Part shown: one piece after another, positions 58,790 to 64,000 of the stretch
Layout: every line of letters begins with the position of its first letter
Numbering within the stretch: position 1 is the first letter of the stretch
IMG/VR virus record: IMGVR_UViG_3300044641_001047
Span: 12,497-76,496 of that record
Length of the DNA stretch: 64,000 bases
Origin: a virus
Strand: one strand, 5' to 3'
Position numbers and translations under genes: made by a program
The notes under the pieces: model-generated
What the model saw: only the letters and a program-made list of their open reading frames with translations
Databases searched by the model: none
Told to the model about the DNA's origin: nothing

Positions 58790-59012
58790 AAAATTGATTT
58801 TCAGTTCTGCCGTCTTTAGCCTTCGGTGGGACATTTCTTTCAGCCTATAGTCTTGATCCACCCCAGAACCTTATGTCAATTCCATTTCAGCAACTATCGG
58901 GGACAACTTTCATACTCTATGTAGTTGAGAATGAGTATGATAGAACCCAACGTCTGACCCCTTACTTACCTTCGGCCCTCAGGGGTGATCATCCAAAGTG
59001 GATGGTTGCTAT
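58790..59012 (-). ncRNA. Candidate structured ncRNA (~220 nt), class unknown
   Basis: Starts just after TACATTTG (59016-59023); at least seven complementary stems; G-U pairs favour the minus strand; no >=60-aa ORF on the transcribed strand. Confidence 0.55.
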
Positions 59013-59028
59013 CTGCAAATGTAACAAA

Positions 59029-59169
59029 TTAACCTTGCCCTCTAGAAACTTTTTTGTAAAGTTTTGAACTTTTTAGTTTTGAGAACTTCTTCTTAGAATG
59101 CACCTCTGGTCTCTTTCTTCTAGGGTTTGGACTGAATGAATTCGACGTACCTGCTTTAATCTTAGACAT
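59029..59169 (-). CDS. Small very basic protein (46 aa, ends RGQG)
   Basis: MSKIKAGTSNSFSPNPRRKRPEVHSKKKFSKLKSSKLYKKVSRGQG*; TAACTTTG promoter at 59201-59208. Confidence 0.7.
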   Translation of the reverse strand: MSKIKAGTSNSFSPNPRRKRPEVHSKKKFSKLKSSKLYKKVSRGQG

Positions 59170-59200
59170 TTTACTAGTTTGTTTCGTTTCTTATTTATCC

Positions 59201-59239
59201 CAAAGTTAGTATAAAATGGAATTGGATTTAGTATCTTCG
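59201..59239. promoter_or_regulatory. Divergent sigma70-type promoter pair
   Basis: TAACTTTG on minus (59201-59208) and variant TATCTTCG on plus (59232-59239). Confidence 0.5.
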
Positions 59240-59272
59240 TACCTTAATTTAAATTTTAAAATCTTAAATCAC

Positions 59273-59593
59273 ATGTTTCCAATTTCATCAACCAACGAAG
59301 AGAAAGTTCTCGTATCTATTAACCCAACAACTGCTGCTGGTAATCCTGCAACTGTTGACGGAGTTCCAACCTGGACTGTTGTGTCTGGTGACTGCACTGT
59401 TGAGCCTGCTGCTGACGGTCTTTCTGCCTACATCGTTTCAGGTCAACCTAACGTAGCTAACTTGATTGAAGTTTCAGCTGATGCTGATCTTGATGCTGAG
59501 GAAGTTCGTACTATTACTGAGACTATCGTTTACACAGTAGTAGCTGCTGAAGCTCAAGCTCTCGGAATTGTATCTGCTGTTGAACCTAAGTAA
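59273..59593 (+). CDS. Ig-like domain protein
   Basis: Start revised to MFPISS; beta-rich VDGVPTWTVVSG...VEPAADGLSA. Confidence 0.6.
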   Translation: MFPISSTNEEKVLVSINPTTAAGNPATVDGVPTWTVVSGDCTVEPAADGLSAYIVSGQPNVANLIEVSADADLDAEEVRTITETIVYTVVAAEAQALGIVSAVEPK

Positions 59594-59605
59594 TCTTAAA
59601 CTGAG

Positions 59606-59911
59606 ATGAATCTTAACGTATACTTCGACAATGCTTCTGTTTACAACTTTGAAAAACTCGACGTTAGTGTTGGGGAGAAATTCAAGGTAGAAGCAGTTAA
59701 TGCTCCTAGTGGAGTTGCATGGTTCTTCGATAATGACCCAGTCGTAGAGGCTGAGACTATGGAGAATCAAGCAATCATTACGGCAGCTAAAGAGGGGATG
59801 ACTACCGTACTATTTGTAGTTAACAATAGTCAAGTTATCCACAAGTTTACTATTAACGTAGTAAATCCCGTAAATTTGAACCCTGTAGTTCTAAACGTAG
59901 AGCTAAAATAA
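59606..59911 (+). CDS. Ig-like domain protein
   Basis: 101 aa; VSVGEKF...WFFDNDPVV...ITAAKEGMTTV (Big_2-like pattern). Confidence 0.6.
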   Translation: MNLNVYFDNASVYNFEKLDVSVGEKFKVEAVNAPSGVAWFFDNDPVVEAETMENQAIITAAKEGMTTVLFVVNNSQVIHKFTINVVNPVNLNPVVLNVELK

Positions 59912-59933
59912 ATCCGTTTTAACCCTAAGAACT

Positions 59934-59963
59934 AGCCTCAAGCAATTGGGGCTTTTTCTTTTT
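59934..59963 (+). terminator. Rho-independent terminator
   Basis: AGCCTCAA-GCAA-TTGGGGCT followed by a T-tract. Confidence 0.75.
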
Positions 59964-60026
59964 ACCTATGTTATGTAAACTCGTATTAAAATTTGGAAAA
60001 ATTCATGCAGCTTAAATCATTCACTA

Positions 60027-60130
60027 AAACCACATTATAGTGTGAATCTAGCTGTATCCTATATCTGATAAGGAGTTTATTACCCTTAAACCACATTATA
60101 CTGTAACAAATCTGTGTAAAATTTGTTACA
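60027..60130. repeat. Direct repeat (AAACCACATTATA x2) and 10-bp perfect inverted repeat
   Basis: Direct repeats at 60027-60039 and 60088-60100; TGTAACAAAT (60102-60111) / ATTTGTTACA (60121-60130). Confidence 0.7.
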
Positions 60131-60256
60131 AAAAATTTTTTAAAATCTGGGAAAATTTTGTGGGAGTGAGGCCCTACGTATTCAAAGACCCCCGCTAAGT
60201 TTTGGGCATTGGAAATGTCCCCTATTTAATCGTAAACTCTTAAATTTATATAAGCA

Positions 60257-60589
60257 ATGTCAACGAAAGTTAAAGCTTCCAGTACAACCCAAGAGGCTTG
60301 GTTTGTACCCGTTCATGCAACTTTGTACAAGAACGATGCCAACACTAAGGTGGTTGGTGTTTACGTTACTGACACCCTTCCGCAGCAAGCTGCTGTTCAG
60401 GGTACCAGAAACAAACAGGGCAAAATAACCTTAAAGGTTAAAGCCCTTGCTGTAGATCCTAAGAAGACTAAGTCTTCAAGGCTCTTCAACTTTGTAAACA
60501 CAACCAATCCTGAGTGGAACATCACGATTGAGTTTCTCGTGCAAGAAGGTATTCTTGACGAGTCTGCCTTAGAGTTGCTCGTAGAGTAA
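60257..60589 (+). CDS. Hypothetical protein (first early-strand gene)
   Basis: 110 aa ORF followed by a strong terminator. Confidence 0.65.
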   Translation: MSTKVKASSTTQEAWFVPVHATLYKNDANTKVVGVYVTDTLPQQAAVQGTRNKQGKITLKVKALAVDPKKTKSSRLFNFVNTTNPEWNITIEFLVQEGILDESALELLVE

Positions 60590-60592
60590 GGC

Positions 60593-60622
60593 AAAAGGGG
60601 AACATTCGTTCCCCTTTTTTTT
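60593..60622 (+). terminator. Rho-independent terminator
   Basis: AAAAGGGGAAC-ATTC-GTTCCCC followed by T8. Confidence 0.8.
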
Positions 60623-60830
60623 ATTGTAAATTAGGCTTCATGTAGCACGTACGATTAAATAGTGACTAGCAGTGATTAAATAAAAATAATATTTGTGGTC
60701 ATAGTGAAGGACAGATGATTGTGTCCCAACTACTATCCCCACAATAAGTGTGGTATCATGATGACTGTGTAATCAGTTGTATAACATGGTATCACACTTT
60801 ATTCCTTTGTAATCAATACCTATATATACA

Positions 60831-61067
60831 ATGGATTCTTTAGATGCAGTTATTATTCCAGTTACAATACTGGAATATGATACCTATGATGATGCTATGC
60901 TACACTTAAATGACCAAGGTGTTACTCACTTGGGTTGGCTTAACAGTGGTATTAGTATCCCTGAACATTATACATTTGAAAAAGTGTATTCTAATTGGTC
61001 AGGTTCTTCGTGTCTTTATTGTGATCCTATCTATAGAGTATCATACTCTGTAGACATGGGTGACTAG
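60831..61067 (+). CDS. Hypothetical protein
   Basis: 78 aa; preceded by TTTGTAATCAATA. Confidence 0.55.
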   Translation: MDSLDAVIIPVTILEYDTYDDAMLHLNDQGVTHLGWLNSGISIPEHYTFEKVYSNWSGSSCLYCDPIYRVSYSVDMGD

Positions 61068-61241
61068 CAGAGGAGATAACCAAACGTAACGTGGAACAAC
61101 TCATGAAAGCATAATGAGCCACACATAACAGGAGTTAGGCATTTGGAATCTACGGTTTTATACCTGGGGATTTTACGACTTTATACTGTTATTTATATTT
61201 GTAATCAATAACTTAAATCAATAACAAACACTTAAATCATC

Positions 61242-61511
61242 ATGAGTTACACTCTTAACTTCATCAAAGTAATTACTCAGATTGCAGTAGTTGCTACACT
61301 TACATTCATTACTCCTGCTGCATTACATGCAGTAGTTGCATTCAATCTCGATTGCTATTTCACTGACATTACTAGTGGTGACTACCAATTCGGGATGGGC
61401 TTTGCAACTGTAATCATCACCATCATCTATATTGTAGCATACAGTATGGAGATGGAGGAACGTGCTGAACGTAGACGTGCTGAACATATTAAAACTCTTA
61501 CTAAGTTCTAA
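61242..61511 (+). CDS. Small membrane protein (2 TM)
   Basis: 89 aa; two hydrophobic segments and a charged tail. Confidence 0.6.
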   Translation: MSYTLNFIKVITQIAVVATLTFITPAALHAVVAFNLDCYFTDITSGDYQFGMGFATVIITIIYIVAYSMEMEERAERRRAEHIKTLTKF

Positions 61512-61523
61512 TACTATAGCACT

Positions 61524-61718
61524 ATGAAAGAGAACAAGCACAAATTTGCAGAAGATATCACAGCCTTCGGGTTGTTTATCATAGGGATTATCTTAGTTGT
61601 AATCTTCATGACATCATGTTCTACATCTAGAGGATATGGATATCATGACCATCTAAGGACTACACATCACAAGAACTTTATCTCTAAAGATAATGGTGGT
61701 TGTGGTTGGAATAGATAA
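61524..61718 (+). CDS. Small lipoprotein
   Basis: 64 aa; hydrophobic segment then FMTSC lipobox-like Cys. Confidence 0.55.
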   Translation: MKENKHKFAEDITAFGLFIIGIILVVIFMTSCSTSRGYGYHDHLRTTHHKNFISKDNGGCGWNR

Positions 61719-61814
61719 GGACTTTAACTATTGGACTTCATACAATAGTAGCTTGACGGTGAGGCTTAAACCGTTACTTTTATTTTGTAATCAATAACAA
61801 ACACATATAAAATC

Positions 61815-62384
61815 ATGACAAGAGAAAGAGCTAAAGAACTTATCCCTGTATATACTGCATGGGTTGAAGGCAAGACCGTAATGTACCAAGATCATCACGG
61901 AGAATGGAGAGAGATAGATCACTCCATTGGATTAGGTATGCATCCCTCTAAGTATAAAGTAGTAGAGGACGAAGGTGATGGCATCATGCCTGAAGAACCT
62001 GTGGAGTCTTACAAAGATGAACAGTGGTTCATTGATATGGTTAATGAAGATGCTAAATCAGATGCTGAATACTACGGCAATGATTCTCGCGAACGTGCTG
62101 ATGTACCAGAGTACATCGTTGCATCTACTAGTTATGATGCTCGTGAGACATATGTATTCGAAGCTACTGCTGATGGTAAGATAGTAACTTATGATGAGTA
62201 TGGTGGATTAGCAGAAAGATGGGGTGATACTAATTGGTATAATCCTGAAGCTGCTGTTAAATCATGCATGCCGAATACATACCATGCAGTATCTTCTAAA
62301 GGTAACTCTGTCTTATTCAAGATAGTTACACCTGATGAGTGCACTTATTTCGATGGTGATGAATCAGATAGAATCAGCTACTAA
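61815..62384 (+). CDS. Hypothetical protein
   Basis: 189 aa, acidic; MTRERAKELIPVYTAWVEGKTV N-terminus. Confidence 0.65.
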   Translation: MTRERAKELIPVYTAWVEGKTVMYQDHHGEWREIDHSIGLGMHPSKYKVVEDEGDGIMPEEPVESYKDEQWFIDMVNEDAKSDAEYYGNDSRERADVPEYIVASTSYDARETYVFEATADGKIVTYDEYGGLAERWGDTNWYNPEAAVKSCMPNTYHAVSSKGNSVLFKIVTPDECTYFDGDESDRISY

Positions 62385-62385
62385 T

Positions 62386-62754
62386 ATGAAGACACTTACC
62401 TACATCAAGAGAGTTGAGATAGAAGAAACAATACCGTTTCCTATCATCACATTTGTTGCTGAGAAAGTGCGAGTTTGTACAGGAGATAGCTCATGGTTTG
62501 ACATGGGCTATACTCCTAGACTCGATGGTCTAACACTACATCAGTATCGTAAACTTCATAATGCTTGGGATAGAGATATCGAGAAAGCCTTAGAAGAATA
62601 TGTAAAGACTACATATAATCTAAGTAGTGGATGGGGTTATATAGATCACCATGTTTATTCAGCTAAACAACTTGGGATGCCTGACCTCCCCAAAGTTGAT
62701 CCAAAGTTTAACGATGATCATGCTGATCTAGTTAGAATGTTTAAAGGGGCTTAG
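62386..62754 (+). CDS. Hypothetical protein
   Basis: Start revised to MKTLTYIK, immediately after the upstream stop. Confidence 0.6.
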   Translation: MKTLTYIKRVEIEETIPFPIITFVAEKVRVCTGDSSWFDMGYTPRLDGLTLHQYRKLHNAWDRDIEKALEEYVKTTYNLSSGWGYIDHHVYSAKQLGMPDLPKVDPKFNDDHADLVRMFKGA

Positions 62755-62763
62755 TCCCCTTTT
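62743..62763 (+). terminator. Terminator-like hairpin overlapping ribozyme P1
   Basis: AAAGGGG-CTTAGT-CCCCTTTT. Confidence 0.55.
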
Positions 62764-62820
62764 ACTAATGCAGCCAGGTAACACTGAAGGTCACAAGCCC
62801 TTTAATGCAGAGTGGTAAAA
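62760..62820 (+). ncRNA. Twister self-cleaving ribozyme, type P1
   Basis: P1 TTTTAC/GTAAAA; U|AA site (62766/62767); P2 TGCA/TGCA; GC; P3 CAG/CTG; P4 AAGG/CCTT with loop TCACAAGC; GA then GTG pairing with CAC (T1); GC/GC (T2). Confidence 0.88.
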
Positions 62821-62860
62821 CAATTTATTCATTTAATTTATTATTTAAATCATCAAAATC

Positions 62861-63466
62861 ATGATGAACAACACAATCAACAGTGGCTCGTTGCAGGGAT
62901 TGCAAGCGGGTCAAACCCTTTTACTCCAAGCTCGTAAGGTTAATGGAGACAAGATTCAATTGGAATTTGCTGAGATTGTCAAAACACAATCTAATGCAGC
63001 AAATCCACTTGCTCTATTTAACAAGTCAGACGACCGTTTCTCACAAGGCAATGGTGCACGTCGTGCTTGGTTAACTGCTGAAGCTAAGGATGCTTCAGTT
63101 TATCTCAACATCAACCTGATGGATGATGCTGACTGGCAAGTTGACCAAATGGGAAGAGAGATTCTCCCACTGAATGTCATCAATCCAGTAGCTCACATCA
63201 ATGGTGAAGCATTCCCATTGAAGGTGCAAGTTGAGGAGACTGTTACTCCTACGGATTGGCAGGCAAACAACATCCCAACTGCGGCTAAACGTCGTGGTAA
63301 AGATGGGGACTTCATCACTCACCAAGGTATGTATATCTTTGCTAACACTCGTGTAGTGTTTAACAAAGCTACTCACGTATTCCTTGAGGCTGATGCTGTT
63401 AAGTCTACTACAACTGGAGGTATCCGTGTAGGTGAAGACTTTGACTCTAGTCCGTTCTTCAGCTAA
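62861..63466 (+). CDS. Putative single-stranded DNA-binding protein
   Basis: 201 aa, beta-rich; acidic/aromatic C-terminus EDFDSSPFFS; early region. Confidence 0.45.
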   Translation: MMNNTINSGSLQGLQAGQTLLLQARKVNGDKIQLEFAEIVKTQSNAANPLALFNKSDDRFSQGNGARRAWLTAEAKDASVYLNINLMDDADWQVDQMGREILPLNVINPVAHINGEAFPLKVQVEETVTPTDWQANNIPTAAKRRGKDGDFITHQGMYIFANTRVVFNKATHVFLEADAVKSTTTGGIRVGEDFDSSPFFS

Positions 63467-63479
63467 TCATAGCTGAGTA

Positions 63480-63562
63480 AATCAGGTAGCTCAACTGGTA
63501 GAGCATAACGAGTTTTGTACTATTCTCGTTAAGGTGTGGGTTCGAATCCCACCCTGATTTCA
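63480..63562 (+). tRNA. tRNA-like RNA with enlarged, non-canonical anticodon arm (isotype undetermined)
   Basis: Acceptor AATCAGG/CCTGATT; D-arm GCTC-AACTGGTA-GAGC; T-arm GTGGG-TTCGAAT-CCCAC; anticodon arm 26 nt (7-bp stem, 12-nt loop). Confidence 0.7.
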
Positions 63563-63564
63563 TT

Positions 63565-63680
63565 AGTTGTAATAGTTTAATTGCTGGTAAACAAACAAGC
63601 CAGATTCAGGTGAAAAACTAATCCTGACAATTAAGTAGGAGTGAGATCCTATTATCCTACTCAAGGATACTATTGCAACT
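63565..63680 (+). ncRNA. Candidate multi-junction structured RNA
   Basis: 12-bp closing stem, nested three-way junction, additional hairpin and possible pseudoknot. Confidence 0.5.
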
Positions 63681-63832
63681 TACCTTATAAATCCTCCACA
63701 TTGCTTAGAGTTTAATTAAAGACAACGAACTATAATGAGTCTGAGGATGCTCATTGTTCGTTGTTTTTAATCAGGATGTTTTGTGTATGTACAGCTTACG
63801 GAACAATTTAATTTAATCTAAATCAATAACTT

Positions 63833-64000
63833 ATGTCAAGAATGAAATTAGTATTTGACTTGATGGAGTCTGGGACTTATCAAGCGTTTGAATGTCAGGC
63901 TATGTTAGCTGCTGAACGTGGGGAAAAGCACTTTCAGTTTGGTAATGCATCGTATGATGTAGAGTTTGCTGCCAATGTGATGGCTTATATTTACCACAAA
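63833..64000 (+). CDS. Hypothetical protein, truncated by window end
   Basis: MSRMKLVFDLMESGTYQAFEC... is open to 64000; preceded by AATCAATAAC. Confidence 0.6.
   Translation, partial: MSRMKLVFDLMESGTYQAFECQAMLAAERGEKHFQFGNASYDVEFAANVMAYIYHK

Noticed and set aside
58825-58860. Group I intron R/S-like words (TCAAGACTATAGG, AAGAAATGTCC) in the late ncRNA candidate
   Set aside because: The spacing leaves no room for P8, P7 pairing is non-canonical, and no interrupted gene flanks it.
58873-59067. Plus-strand 64-aa ORF
   Set aside because: Antisense to the late strand, overlaps the structured element and the 46-aa gene, and has no promoter or protein-like features.
1-59169. Stop-codon reassignment (TAG or TGA), known in some crAss-like phages
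   Set aside because: Late genes are full length and tightly packed under the standard code; TGA and TAG act as real stops, including ATGA overlaps; no suppressor tRNA seen.
63741-63747. Hammerhead core CTGAGGA
   Set aside because: It lies in a hairpin loop with no correctly placed GAAA or three-stem junction.
59964-63830. CRISPR or mini-array from the repeated early motifs
   Set aside because: The repeats are 10-16 nt, irregularly spaced and separated by genes.

Overview
A 64 kb segment of a crAss-like (Crassvirales-type) podophage genome infecting a Bacteroidota host, read in the standard genetic code. Positions 1-59.2 kb hold the late module on the minus strand, in crAss-typical order: tail fibre, lysis cassette, GroES, terminase, portal, scaffold, major capsid, ring/hub/muzzle proteins, cargo proteins, then three giant ejected proteins. 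One of the three is the virion RNA polymerase (GSDFDVDK motif). From about 59.2 kb the coding strand switches to plus, with a two-gene Ig-like cassette, a non-coding switch region and the start of the early region. The early region is unusually rich in structured RNA: a complete type-P1 twister ribozyme upstream of an SSB-like gene, a tRNA-like RNA with an enlarged anticodon arm, and further multi-stem elements. Other observations: (1) a roughly 220 nt promoter-driven late ncRNA candidate; (2) a polynucleotide-kinase-like domain and a PD-(D/E)xK nuclease inside an ejected protein; (3) a 45-aa gene overprinted in that protein; (4) cysteines confined almost entirely to the termini of the three giant ejected proteins, suggesting a head-to-tail disulphide chain; (5) host-type TAnnTTTG promoters exactly 5 nt from the ATG of three late genes. 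Family calls come from motif recognition and synteny by eye; no database searches were run.
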